Source: Candidatus Binatia bacterium
GTDB lineage: Bacteria; Desulfobacterota; Binatia; UBA9968
Length of the DNA stretch: 64,000 nt
Assembly (NCBI GenBank): GCA_036004365.1
Contig: DASYRN010000195.1
Coordinates: 4,583 to 68,582 of the forward strand
Reading direction: 5' to 3'
The position numbers and the translations under genes are program-made. Position 1 is the first letter of the stretch. The number at the start of each line of letters is the position of its first letter. This document shows, piece after piece, positions 18,721 through 27,996 of this stretch. The notes under the pieces were generated by a model that made no database searches, was not told the DNA's origin, and saw only the letters and a program-made list of their open reading frames with translations.

Positions 18721-19797
18721 TCAAGGATGGACTGATTCCAGAAACCAATCCGTCGGAATCTCCCGTCCTACGGCGGCCTCGCGCGCCTTTTGCAGAACCT
18801 CGCTTCCGACCGCGGCGAACTGTAGCCCGAGTCCTACGTTGTTGCAAAAGCAGGTGACCGATTTCTCATCCAACCTTCCCGGGTGTTGGCCGTTTACGAG
18901 CTCGGAGAGAAGCGGTAAGTTCCAGATCGGTGTCACCTCCTGCGTGATCGGATGGCGCCAGCCGTCGGTAACATCGGGGATCGACTTCGGATCTACGCCG
19001 AGGATGATATGGAAAGGTTTGGCCTCGTGCCAGTGGATGACGAGAGGATCGGCGCGCCTGTAGGTAACTGCGTCCAGCTCGCACGGTTTAATGCATGACA
19101 CATGGACTCCTGGTTGCAACAGTTCGCCTCCAAACAAGGGCGATATCGAATTGGTCGCGCAGGTGATGATGTCAGCGCCATCGATCGCTTCTTCCACGCT
19201 TACGGCTTCCCGCAGCTCCGCTGACACTTGCCCTCCCATATCTTTTACGAAGCGCCGCCGTGTTTCAGGAGTTGGGCTATAAACTTTAACGCTTCGAATG
19301 TCGCGTACCATGCAAAGAGTGATCAGATGAGCGCTCGCCTGCCAACCGCTCCCCAGCAAGGTCATGGCTTTGGAATCCTGGCGCGCGAGGTAGCGCGCCG
19401 CGATCGCGCTGGCGGATGCCACCCGCAGCTTCTGCACATAGCCATCGGGAAATATGGCCAGGGGCTCGCCCGTTTCCGTGCTGAAAAGCATAATCAATCC
19501 GACGAACCGGTCGCCCGCCGCCACTGGAAGCTTGTCTTTACGAATGCCGCCCGCTTTCTCGTACCATTTAACCACGCTGGAATTGAGGCGAAGAGCAGCG
19601 ATTTTTCGTCGCGGAAAGACACCGCTCATGGTCTTATACTCGTAGAACGCGTCATTCCCGCGAGGGCTTAAAACGTCATAGCGGGGCACAGTAGCCGCGG
19701 CACCGTTGCCAAGATCTCTATAGGCTTCCTCCAGGACTTGGAGGCAAGCCCTGACGGAAAGAATCTTTTCGACCTCCTCATTCGATAGAATCAGCAT
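18721..19797 (-). CDS. ornithine cyclodeaminase / mu-crystallin family protein
   Basis: 358 aa. N-terminus MLILSNEEVEKILSVRACLQVLEEAYRDLGNG and overall OCD/mu-crystallin architecture (Rossmann-like middle region). Confidence 0.65.
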   Translation of the reverse strand: MLILSNEEVEKILSVRACLQVLEEAYRDLGNGAAATVPRYDVLSPRGNDAFYEYKTMSGVFPRRKIAALRLNSSVVKWYEKAGGIRKDKLPVAAGDRFVGLIMLFSTETGEPLAIFPDGYVQKLRVASASAIAARYLARQDSKAMTLLGSGWQASAHLITLCMVRDIRSVKVYSPTPETRRRFVKDMGGQVSAELREAVSVEEAIDGADIITCATNSISPLFGGELLQPGVHVSCIKPCELDAVTYRRADPLVIHWHEAKPFHIILGVDPKSIPDVTDGWRHPITQEVTPIWNLPLLSELVNGQHPGRLDEKSVTCFCNNVGLGLQFAAVGSEVLQKAREAAVGREIPTDWFLESVHP

Positions 19798-19986
19798 ATT
19801 GAGTTCCCTTCATTACGGCGTTCGGTACGACGCATACATAGTGCCGTCGATTCCGTTTTGCAACAGCTTGTCGTTGACCACAGGCAGTGGATACACGAAT
19901 CGCTAGTCTCCCTTGACGCCTGTTGTCCAACTGACCTATTTTATGTCTCGGATATCGCTGCGTCGTCTCGAAGAAGGGAGACTTGC

Positions 19987-20961
19987 ATGAGCACTAAGTT
20001 CATCGTTGCGATGGTGCTGGCTGTTTTTTGTTCTCCTTCCGTTTTGACAGCTCAATATACCAAGCCTGTTTACATTTCTTTGCCCGGTCCTGGCAATATC
20101 CAGCACCTGGCCTATGTGGCGGCGAAGCATAGAGGGTTCTATGAAGAAATGGGCATACCCAATGCCCAGATCGTTATGCTGCGTGGGAACGCGGTCAACG
20201 TCCAGGCCTTGGTGTCCGGAAGCGTTCATTTCTCTTCAGCTTTTGGTCCGGCGATGCAGACCATGTTTCGCGGCGAGCAGCTCCGTATTCTAGTGCAGAT
20301 CTTTAACCAGATTCCTTTCGGCGTCATCACGCGCCCTGAAGTGGAGCGACTAGAAGAGCTGAAGGGTGCCAAGATTGCGGTCACCTTTGGCGGTTCCACC
20401 TACAGCGTGCTCCAGGCGCTCTTCGTCAAGTATGGCCTACCTCAGAACGCGGCCGAATATCTCAACATTCCCGACAACCAAGGTAAAGTGATCGCGCTTC
20501 AGCAAGGGCGCGCAGCTGCCGCACTCATGGCGCCGCCAACGGATCAGCCGCTGCTCAAGGCGGGCTTCAAGCGGCTTGTCTATCTCGGAGACGAGTTCAA
20601 GAATGTGCCGTTCAGTGCTCTTCTGACAACTGCAAAACTGATTCAGGATGAACCGGATTTGGCGGAGAGGATGACCAAAGCTGTGGTCAAGGCACTGCTC
20701 TACATCAAGGCGAACCGCGAAGGCAGCATCGACATCATCATGCGCCACGGCAAGGTGGAGCGCGACGTCGCCGCTTCCCTTTACGACTTGATGCGTGACG
20801 CCTTCGAGCCGGCTCTAGATCCACAAGGAGTTATGAAGCGGGCTGAGCTAGAGTTTGCCGTGCTGAAAGAAAAGCCCAATTTCAAACCAGAGAATTTCAT
20901 CGAGGATCGCTTTCTGAAGGCGGCCCTGCGCTCCTTGGGCAGCGAGCAAGCCAAGAGTTAG
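19987..20961 (+). CDS. ABC transporter substrate-binding protein (NMT1/SsuA-like), periplasmic
   Basis: Start moved to MSTKFIVAMVLAVFCSPSVLTAQ (signal peptide) behind an AAGGGAG RBS. The rest resembles NMT1/THI5-type solute-binding proteins. Confidence 0.55.
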   Translation: MSTKFIVAMVLAVFCSPSVLTAQYTKPVYISLPGPGNIQHLAYVAAKHRGFYEEMGIPNAQIVMLRGNAVNVQALVSGSVHFSSAFGPAMQTMFRGEQLRILVQIFNQIPFGVITRPEVERLEELKGAKIAVTFGGSTYSVLQALFVKYGLPQNAAEYLNIPDNQGKVIALQQGRAAAALMAPPTDQPLLKAGFKRLVYLGDEFKNVPFSALLTTAKLIQDEPDLAERMTKAVVKALLYIKANREGSIDIIMRHGKVERDVAASLYDLMRDAFEPALDPQGVMKRAELEFAVLKEKPNFKPENFIEDRFLKAALRSLGSEQAKS

Positions 20962-20965
20962 GAAG

Positions 20966-22100
20966 ATGGAAGCGAAGAGCCATAGTCTCGAAGGGACCAA
21001 GACGGAGATCGTGCGCCGCGCCGGCAGGGTTAATCCTTTCGAACGTACCAAGCGGGAAGAAGTCGAGGAGGTGGTAGGCCGCCTATGCAGCCTCGATCCT
21101 AATCTGTGGGCAAGGGAGTGGGCGCACTTGGGGCAGAGATACGAAGCGCTTGGTGAAGAGCAAGAAAAACAGAGCAAGGGAGAAGAGGCCGGGAGATCTT
21201 ACTATCAAGCCTATGAATACTACCGGATAGGCCGTTATCCCATGCCGAGTAGCCCCCGAAAAGATGAATTGCTACAAGGCGGGGTTTAGAGGCTTTTTAA
21301 GAGCGGCGCCTTATCTTGATCCGCCTTTAGAGCGGATCGAGATACCGTTTGAAGGAAAAAAAGTAGTCGGCTATCTACAGATTCCAAAGGGAAGGGTGCG
21401 GCCGCCGGTCGTGATGTACTGGGGTGGTGTGGATGGGTGGAAGGAAGACCGGAGATCGAACAGCGAGGCGTTGCACAAGGAAGGCCTCGCTACATTCACA
21501 GTCGACATGCCGGGCGCGGGTGAGAATCCGTGCCTCGGTCAGGATCTCCATGCGGAGCGGACCTTCTCTGCGGCCATGGATTATCTGGAGACCCGGGCTG
21601 ACTTGGACGGAAGGCGGATCGCAGTCATGGGAGGTAGCTTCGGCGGCTACTGGGCCGCCAAACTTGCCCACGTAGAGGAGAAAAGATTGAGGGGAGCGGT
21701 CAACTTGGGTGCCGGAGTCCATTATACCTTTCAGGAAGAGTGGCTGCGGCCGGCGCTTACCGAGCGAGCCTCACAGTATCTGATGGGACCGGTCAGTCTA
21801 TTAGATGCCCGTGCCTACATCTTCAGGGTCAGGACACTTGAGGAAGTTCTAAAGATTGCGCCCAACCTTTCCCTAAAGACACAAGGGCTGCTGGATCAGC
21901 CGAGCGCCCCGCTACTCTGCGTCAACGGCAAGGAGGATGATCAGCATCCCGCGGAGGATATCTACCTGCTTTTGGAGCACGGCAGTCTGAAAGAGGTCCG
22001 GATTTTTCCTGGAGCGGGACACATGGGTCGTAACCCCGGTCAGTCCAATCATGAAGTCCAGGAGATCGTTGTATACTGGCTAAAACAAAAGCTCTCTTAG
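20966..22100 (+). CDS. FrsA-like alpha/beta hydrolase (esterase); frame broken at a C5 run in this sequence
   Basis: ORFs 20966..21289 and 21264..22100 together match the FrsA-type N-domain (…YYQAYEYYRIGRYP…) plus a hydrolase core (GGSFGGYW nucleophile elbow, HPAEDIY). The shift is at CCCCC 21253-21257. Confidence 0.5.
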
Positions 22101-22112
22101 AAAGGAAGGAAG

Positions 22113-22661
22113 ATGTCCCGAATAGCGTTGGTTGAAAAAAAGGAGATTCTACCAGCAGAGCATCAGCGGATCTACGACGCGATAGCACAAAGCCGCGGCA
22201 TGGTGCGCGGGCCATTCGCGGCTCTCCTGCATAGCCCACCGATCGCAGAGCGAACCGCTCACTTGGGCACTTACATTCGATTCGAGTCTCAACTGGATGC
22301 AAAGGTTGTCGAGCTCGCTGTGCTCGCCGCTGCACGTGAGCTTGAGTGCAAGCACGAATGGGGAGCCCATGTGGGACACGCACAGAAAGCTGGGATTTCC
22401 ATGGAGACTGTCCGGGCGATTCACCAGCGCAAAGGGCCGGAGAGCTTCCCTTTCGAAGAGGCGCAGATCGTAAGCTACGTCCAGGAATTGCTGCGTACCC
22501 ACAGAGTCAGCGAGACGACATTTCAAGCGCTGTACGCTAGGCTCGGGGAGAGAGGTTTGGTGGAACTCACCGCCACGATCGGCTACTACGCCATGCTCGC
22601 CTGCACGCTCAACGCCTTGGACGTGGTTTCTGTGAGCCCGCCCGAGAATCTCAAAATCTAG
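22113..22661 (+). CDS. carboxymuconolactone decarboxylase (CMD/AhpD-like) family protein
   Basis: 182 aa. AhpD-like helical repeat with ...LAAARELECKHEWGAHVGHAQKAGIS..., which is CMD family. Confidence 0.6.
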   Translation: MSRIALVEKKEILPAEHQRIYDAIAQSRGMVRGPFAALLHSPPIAERTAHLGTYIRFESQLDAKVVELAVLAAARELECKHEWGAHVGHAQKAGISMETVRAIHQRKGPESFPFEEAQIVSYVQELLRTHRVSETTFQALYARLGERGLVELTATIGYYAMLACTLNALDVVSVSPPENLKI

Positions 22662-23152
22662 TCGAATGCGAAAGCGCGCATGCCTATTGCCAACCTAATT
22701 CCCATCCCGATCCTCCTCTTCGCCAGGGCCATGCCAGCCTTTTGGGCATGTTTATAGGACTCCTTAAGTAGGGTCAAAGGGATTGCGGGCTGGCGCCTTT
22801 AGTGCGGTTTTGGTGGCGATAATCTTAGTCCTTCCAAGAAACAGGATGGGGGCTCGGCCGAGAGGCACAGATATCGATAAGTCCGTGGGAAAATCGGAAA
22901 AGAACTCAGAAAGGCCCGCGAAAACATAGAACGACAGAAACTAAGAAGTTAAAACTGGCTACACAAAAGTAACAGTTGCTTGCTTTCAGGGATCGATAGT
23001 TTCCTTTTCCCCTACTCTTTTCTTTCTTTTGCCTCATTCTAAGCCCCGCAGTCGCAAAATTGTCGGGAACCCTCGTCACATATATCATGCTTTGTCAATG
23101 GCGGGCCACTAAAAACTGCAGAAAATCCTTGATGTACGGCGCCTGATTTAGT

Positions 23153-23168
23153 TGGCACAGTCGTTGCT
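23153..23168 (+). promoter_or_regulatory. sigma-54 (RpoN) -24/-12 promoter element TGGCAC-N5-TTGCT
   Basis: TGGCACAGTCGTTGCT at 23153-23168, with exactly 10 nt between the GG and GC dinucleotides. It lies 27-42 nt upstream of the ATG at 23195, and AGGAGG sits at 23184-23189. Confidence 0.55.
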
Positions 23169-23194
23169 GAGTGCACAAAGCGTAGGAGGATTCA

Positions 23195-23326
23195 ATGTTT
23201 GACGCAGTACTCTTGTTGGGTTCCCTGGCCCTTTTGCTGGTCTGGCTTAGGGCGATTCAGGCGCAGGTAAAAGTCAGGTCTCACCCGAAAGACAAGATCA
23301 GCGGTGCTGGCCGTTATCGCAGCTAG
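23195..23326 (+). CDS. small hydrophobic peptide ORF (43 aa), unannotated
   Basis: ATG 5 nt after a perfect AGGAGG. Encodes MFDAVLLLGSLALLLVWLRAIQAQVKVRSHPKDKISGAGRYRS, a signal-peptide-like hydrophobic N-half (AQA motif) and a basic tail. Below the 60-aa cut-off of the ORF track. Confidence 0.35.
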   Translation: MFDAVLLLGSLALLLVWLRAIQAQVKVRSHPKDKISGAGRYRS

Positions 23327-23367
23327 CCTAGCCCCCCTCTCAGGCAACCGAGGCAAAAGAGGATAAC

Positions 23368-23601
23368 GTGGTCTATGTCGTAAAGTATCGACTCAAGCCG
23401 GACGAAAAAGATCCTAATTCCAAACTCAGCCGGGCGCTTTTCGCCGAGTGCGACACAAAGCCGAGCCGGGAAAAAGCCGCAAAGTTGCTCAACGATATTA
23501 CGGGTGGGAAGTTCCTCGAAGGTAGTATTCAGATCCAGGAATTACGCGATTTCGATCCGGCCGAAGTTAGGAGCCACGGAGGATCTGTCTTCAGTCTCTA
23601 A
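23368..23601 (+). CDS. hypothetical small protein (77 aa)
   Basis: ORF behind an AAGAGGA RBS in a low-GC, otherwise non-coding 1.1-kb stretch. No recognisable domain. Confidence 0.3.
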   Translation: MVYVVKYRLKPDEKDPNSKLSRALFAECDTKPSREKAAKLLNDITGGKFLEGSIQIQELRDFDPAEVRSHGGSVFSL

Positions 23602-23657
23602 ACCCTTTCGCGCCCGCTTCGTCTATCCGCCCTCATTGTTTGTCACCCCTTTTTTCC

Positions 23658-23687
23658 TTGACGTGTATTCCATTTCTGCTCTATTTT
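23658..23687 (+). promoter_or_regulatory. sigma-70-like promoter, copy A of the repeated CCCCTTGACG-N18-TATTTTAGGCC family
   Basis: TTGACG (23658-23663), an 18-nt spacer, then TATTTT (23682-23687), with flanks shared by copies at 43695 and 45968. Upstream of iorA. Confidence 0.5.
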
Positions 23688-23841
23688 AAGGCCGTTTTTC
23701 ACGACAGCAACTTAGGCTGGGTCCATTGATCCAGTCACCTTTTGTTTCTCATCTTAAACTGGATCTCCCAGCCATTTTGTTTGCTTCTGAAAAAAAGTTA
23801 GATGTTGGCCAACAAAAACAATAGCTGTGAGGGGAGGTCTC

Positions 23842-24303
23842 ATGATCTCATTAATCGTCAATGGTAAAGCCCACAAGGTGGACGTCGCGCCCGACACGCC
23901 CTTGCTGTGGGTGTTGCGTGATACGCTTGGCCTGACCGGCACCAAGTATGGCTGCGGCATCGCTCTGTGTGGCGCCTGCACGGTGCACGTGAACGGAGAG
24001 GCGGTGCGTTCCTGTACCGCGCCGATCTCTCAGGTCGCGGGCAAGAAAGTGACCACCATCGAGGGATTGTCGCGCGACAGCAGTCATCCGTTGCAGAAGG
24101 CCTGGGTCGCCGAGCAGGTGCCGCAGTGCGGCTACTGTCAATCAGGGCAGATTATGTCGGCGGCGGCGCTCTTCGCCAATAACAAGAGTCCGTCAGACGC
24201 TGACATCGACAAGGCGATGTCGGGCAACATCTGTCGCTGCGGCACTTACAACCGCATCCGCAGGGCTATTCACGCTGCGGCGGGCATAAGAAAGGAGGGG
24301 TGA
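23842..24303 (+). CDS. iorA: (2Fe-2S)-binding small subunit of a molybdenum hydroxylase (IorA/CoxS-like)
   Basis: Plant-type ferredoxin motif [21 protein letters not shown] plus a second cluster motif QCGYCQSGQ...CRCGTY. Start moved to MISLIVNGK behind GAGGGGAGG. Confidence 0.8.
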   Translation: MISLIVNGKAHKVDVAPDTPLLWVLRDTLGLTGTKYGCGIALCGACTVHVNGEAVRSCTAPISQVAGKKVTTIEGLSRDSSHPLQKAWVAEQVPQCGYCQSGQIMSAAALFANNKSPSDADIDKAMSGNICRCGTYNRIRRAIHAAAGIRKEG

Positions 24304-24304
24304 C

Positions 24305-26494
24305 ATGAAGCGCGCTTTCAACCAAGGACGGAGAAACTTTCTTAAGACGAGCGCCGCAGCGGGCGGTGGTCTGATTCTCAGCTTTTATCTTCCGGGCGGG
24401 GCGCGCCGGGCCGAAGCCTCCCCCGGTGGGACGAAGCTTAATTCCTTCCTCAAGATCGGCACCGATGGTAAGGCCACTTTCTTTTGCGGGCAGGCTGAGA
24501 TGGGTCAGGGCGCGCACAACGCCCTCGCCATGATGCTTGCCGAAGAGCTCGAGGTTGAGTTCAAGGACGTGCGAATCGAGCAGGGCGGTGTCGACCCCGC
24601 GTTCGGCAATCCGCGTTATAGCGGCTTCAAGGCGATGGGGGGATTCCAGGGTACCGGCGGGAGCTCTAGCGTGCGTAATTTCGGCATACCGGTGCGGCGC
24701 GCTGGCGCGGCCGCACGCACCATGCTAACAGCCGTCGCCGCTGAGAGAATGAAGGTGAGCCAGCTCGAGTGTGTCGCCGAGAGAGGCTGGGTGATCCACA
24801 CGCCGAGCGGCAAGAAAGTGTCGTACGGGGCGCTCGCTTCCGAGGCGGCGAAGATTGCGCCGCCGGCTGATCCGATCTTCAAGAAGCCTTCCGAGTTCAA
24901 GATCATCGGCAAGACGACCAAACGCCACGACATCCCGCTCAAGGTCAACGGCAAAGCGATCTACGGCATCGACGTCAAGCGTCCCGGTCTGCTCACTGCA
25001 GTTGTGGCCCGCTCGCCGGTCTTGGGCGGCAAGGTGAAGAGCTTCAACGCCGATAAAACCATGAAAGTCAAGGGTGTAAAGAAGGTCGTTCAGGTCAGTA
25101 CGGGCGTCGCGGTAGTCGCCGACAGTTTTTGGGCGGCGAAGAAGGGGCGCGATTCGTTGGAAATCACCTGGGACGAGGGGCCGATGTCGAAGATGAGCTC
25201 GCCGGAAATCTACAAATCTTGGGCTGAGATGGCCAAAGGGAGCACCGCCGCCGAGCGGCTTAAGGTGGGCGATGTTGACAAGGCGCTCGCCAGCGAGGCA
25301 AAGCGCGTCGAGTCAGTGTACGAGGTGCCATTTCTCGCCCACGCCTGCATGGAGCCGATGAACGCAACCGCGCACTTCAAGGGCGATTCGGTCGAGATCT
25401 GGGCGCCTACGCAGGCGCAATCGTGGAACCGCCACTGGGTCTCCCAACTCACCAGCCTTAAGCCCGAAGCGATCACGATCCATACGACCTACCTTGGCGG
25501 CGGCTTCGGCCGAAGGCTCGAGAGCGACTACGCCGTGGAGGCGGCGGATGTCTCGCGCGCTGCCGGCAACGTGCCGGTCAAGGTTGTCTGGACGCGTGAA
25601 GATGACATGCAACACTCTCAGTACCGGCCGGCATCGCACAACGTGCTCTCCGCAGCCCTTGACGCCAATGGAATGCCGACTGCGTGGCGCCACCGCATTG
25701 TCGGCGCCTCGATCCTCCAGTACTTTAAAACCTTCGGCCATCTCCTGCGCAAGGACGGGCTCGATCCCACCTCTGTGCAGGGCGCGGCCGACTATTTCCC
25801 CTACGATATTCCCAATGTCTACGTGGATTACGTGAACAACAACCCAGGGGTTCCAGCGGGATTTTGGCGCTCGGTCGGCAACTCGCAGAACGGCTTCATC
25901 ATGGAAAGCTTCATCGACGAGCTCGCCCATGCCGCCGGTAAGGATCCCTATCAGTATCGCCACCAGCTCATGGGCAAGCCGCACGCGGCGAGATTGCGCG
26001 CGGTCCTCGATCTGGCGGCCGAGAAGGTGGGCTGGGGCAAGCCGCTGGCGCCGGGGATCCACCGCGGCATCGCCGCGCACTTTGCCTACGGCGGATACTG
26101 TGCTCAGGTAGCGGAAGTCTCCGTTGCGAAAGACGGAGCGGTAAGAGTGCATCGCGTCGTGGCAGCGATTGATTCGGGATGGGTCGTGAATCCCGATACG
26201 ATAGTGGCGCAGATCGAGAGCGGCATCGTCTACGGACTAACCGCCGCGCTCTATAACGAGATCACGATCAAAAACGGCCGCGTCGAGCAGTCGAACTTCA
26301 ACGACTACCCGGTGCTGCGCATGGGGGAGATGCCCAAAGTCGAAGTCCACACCTTGCAGGGGCAGGGCGATCAGGGTGGCATTGGCGAGCCGGGCACGCC
26401 GCCGATCGCTCCAGCCGTTTGCAATGCTATCTTCGCGGCCACCGGCAAGAGGATCTATAAACTTCCGATTAAAAGCGAGTCGCTGCGCGCCTGA
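24305..26494 (+). CDS. iorB: molybdopterin-dependent aldehyde/isoquinoline oxidoreductase large (beta) subunit, Tat-exported
   Basis: Tat signal MKRAFNQGRRNFLKTSAAAGGGLILS. 729 aa with xanthine-dehydrogenase-family Mo-binding segments (GGGFGRR motif at about aa 400). Start overlaps the iorA stop. Confidence 0.8.
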   Translation: MKRAFNQGRRNFLKTSAAAGGGLILSFYLPGGARRAEASPGGTKLNSFLKIGTDGKATFFCGQAEMGQGAHNALAMMLAEELEVEFKDVRIEQGGVDPAFGNPRYSGFKAMGGFQGTGGSSSVRNFGIPVRRAGAAARTMLTAVAAERMKVSQLECVAERGWVIHTPSGKKVSYGALASEAAKIAPPADPIFKKPSEFKIIGKTTKRHDIPLKVNGKAIYGIDVKRPGLLTAVVARSPVLGGKVKSFNADKTMKVKGVKKVVQVSTGVAVVADSFWAAKKGRDSLEITWDEGPMSKMSSPEIYKSWAEMAKGSTAAERLKVGDVDKALASEAKRVESVYEVPFLAHACMEPMNATAHFKGDSVEIWAPTQAQSWNRHWVSQLTSLKPEAITIHTTYLGGGFGRRLESDYAVEAADVSRAAGNVPVKVVWTREDDMQHSQYRPASHNVLSAALDANGMPTAWRHRIVGASILQYFKTFGHLLRKDGLDPTSVQGAADYFPYDIPNVYVDYVNNNPGVPAGFWRSVGNSQNGFIMESFIDELAHAAGKDPYQYRHQLMGKPHAARLRAVLDLAAEKVGWGKPLAPGIHRGIAAHFAYGGYCAQVAEVSVAKDGAVRVHRVVAAIDSGWVVNPDTIVAQIESGIVYGLTAALYNEITIKNGRVEQSNFNDYPVLRMGEMPKVEVHTLQGQGDQGGIGEPGTPPIAPAVCNAIFAATGKRIYKLPIKSESLRA

Positions 26495-26564
26495 GAGGCA
26501 AAGAGATCGGAGACTCGAACCAGACGAGACTGACAGAGGCTCGTAGGAGAGTCGGTTCTGATTT

Positions 26565-26602
26565 AAAAAAGGCCCGGTTTTGAGACCGGGCTTTTTGTTT
26601 TT
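26565..26602 (+). terminator. rho-independent terminator after iorB
   Basis: GCCCGGT-TTTGAG-ACCGGGC hairpin followed by TTTTTGTTTTT. Confidence 0.6.
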
Positions 26603-26640
26603 GATTATTGCTGGCGGGAATGATTGAGGCTATATTCCAA
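26596..26640 (+). promoter_or_regulatory. promoter/operator element, copy 1 of the TTTTGAyTATTGC...GGGAATGATTGArGCTATA family
   Basis: -35 TTGCTG (26608-13), a 17-nt spacer containing GGGAATGATTGAGGC, then -10 TATATT (26631-36). About 85% identical over about 41 nt to the element at 32316-32357. Confidence 0.45.
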
Positions 26641-26836
26641 CCACTCTGGAAGAGAACGGATTCCCAGCCTCTACGCGAGCTATGGAGTGAAATAGCCCGA
26701 ACTCGACCTGATCTACCGACTTGAGTTTAAACAGGGCATTAGAAACCTCCCCGTTTTTACCTCGCATGATCGACTTGCCATCACCTGTCGGCGCTGGTTC
26801 CGGTCCCGGCGCCTGCTAAAGTGGGGTTCTATTTTC

Positions 26837-27559
26837 ATGGAAGCGGTTAAAGCTACCCTCTGGATCTATCAGATAGCCTTTTCTCGCTCCATCAAGCTTG
26901 TTGCGGCAAATCCCGGAATCATATTGGCGCCGCTCGCTTACAGCGTGGTGGTATCTCTTGCTGCGATATTATTTTCACCCTTATGGTTTGTCGGCGGACT
27001 GGTCGTAACGGCGGTGACCGCGGCCTGCATGAGTTCAGGGCTTCACCTTATTGAAAATGTCGTCCGAATCGGGAAGGTTGATCTAAACGATTTCATCAAG
27101 GGCTTTTCCGTTTATTTGTGGGAGATTCTCGGTATTGCTTTCATCCTGTGGATTCCCATGACTTTGCTCTCGCGTGTCTCCTACTCCGCGCCTGAAGGCC
27201 CGATGGTTCTCCTAATTGTTCAGCTCCTGCTCTACGTGATTCTCAACGCTGTTCCAGAGCTGATCTACCAAAGCCGCGTCTCGGGACTGGCGTTGTTGTC
27301 TGCAAGCTATCACTTTATCGTCGAAAATTGGATTGAGTGGTTCCTCCCCAATGTGCTGATCACGGTGGCGGCCTTCATGCTGCTGGGTCCGTTGAGGAGC
27401 GTGGCGGTGCACCTGCCTTTCTTTCTGCAGTTCTTTTTCGTCGCCTCCGCTTTCGGTCTCTTTCTCACTTTTTTGATGATCTTCCGTGGCATTCTCTTTT
27501 CCGAACTCAATGGCACAACGCGCCGAAGCCGGGTTTTCCGCTATAAGACACAAGGATAA
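26837..27559 (+). CDS. hypothetical polytopic membrane protein
   Basis: 240 aa with about 6 predicted hydrophobic helices. No recognisable motif. Confidence 0.45.
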   Translation: MEAVKATLWIYQIAFSRSIKLVAANPGIILAPLAYSVVVSLAAILFSPLWFVGGLVVTAVTAACMSSGLHLIENVVRIGKVDLNDFIKGFSVYLWEILGIAFILWIPMTLLSRVSYSAPEGPMVLLIVQLLLYVILNAVPELIYQSRVSGLALLSASYHFIVENWIEWFLPNVLITVAAFMLLGPLRSVAVHLPFFLQFFFVASAFGLFLTFLMIFRGILFSELNGTTRRSRVFRYKTQG

Positions 27560-27579
27560 AGGCCTCCCGATACCGTACC

Positions 27580-27975
27580 TTGACAAGGTGGAGGAAGTGG
27601 ACTACCGCTATTGAACAGCTGAAATTGACCCATCGTTTTCTTCTGATCGGCTTTCTTTCCATAGGAGGCCTTTCCGCTTGGCAGTCTTGGGGTGCCGAAA
27701 ATCCGGCTTCGTTGTTCAACGATGTCTGCTCGGTTTGCCATGGCATTGACGGCAAAGGAGACGGTCCGAGCGCGGCGGGGCTGCATCCAAAACCGGCTGA
27801 CTTTACAGACTGCAAGGCTGTGGCCCCCGACTCCGATCAGACAGTATTCAAGATCATCAAGGAAGGCGGGCAGAGCGTGGGACGCTCCACTGTCATGCCG
27901 TCATGGAAAGACTCTCTAAGTGACGATCAAATCCGGTCGCTGGTGAAATACGTCCGGGATTTCTGCAAGAAGTAG
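27580..27975 (+). CDS. periplasmic mono-haem c-type cytochrome (SorB-like electron acceptor)
   Basis: Signal/anchor, then CSVCHGIDGKGDG (CxxCH) and a distal Met (TVMPSW). Immediately upstream of the sulfite-oxidase-family gene. Confidence 0.7.
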   Translation: MTRWRKWTTAIEQLKLTHRFLLIGFLSIGGLSAWQSWGAENPASLFNDVCSVCHGIDGKGDGPSAAGLHPKPADFTDCKAVAPDSDQTVFKIIKEGGQSVGRSTVMPSWKDSLSDDQIRSLVKYVRDFCKK

Positions 27976-27996
27976 GGCTTATGGCCAGCAAAGGAG

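Noticed and set aside
25313-26152. 279-aa minus-strand ORF inside iorB, and similar long antisense ORFs in cofD (3946..4500), hyuB (62463..62666) and the FAD-oxidoreductase gene (61154..61576)
   Set aside because: All lie wholly inside confidently assigned genes on the other strand and have Arg/Ala/Pro-rich composition. Standard high-GC antisense artefacts.
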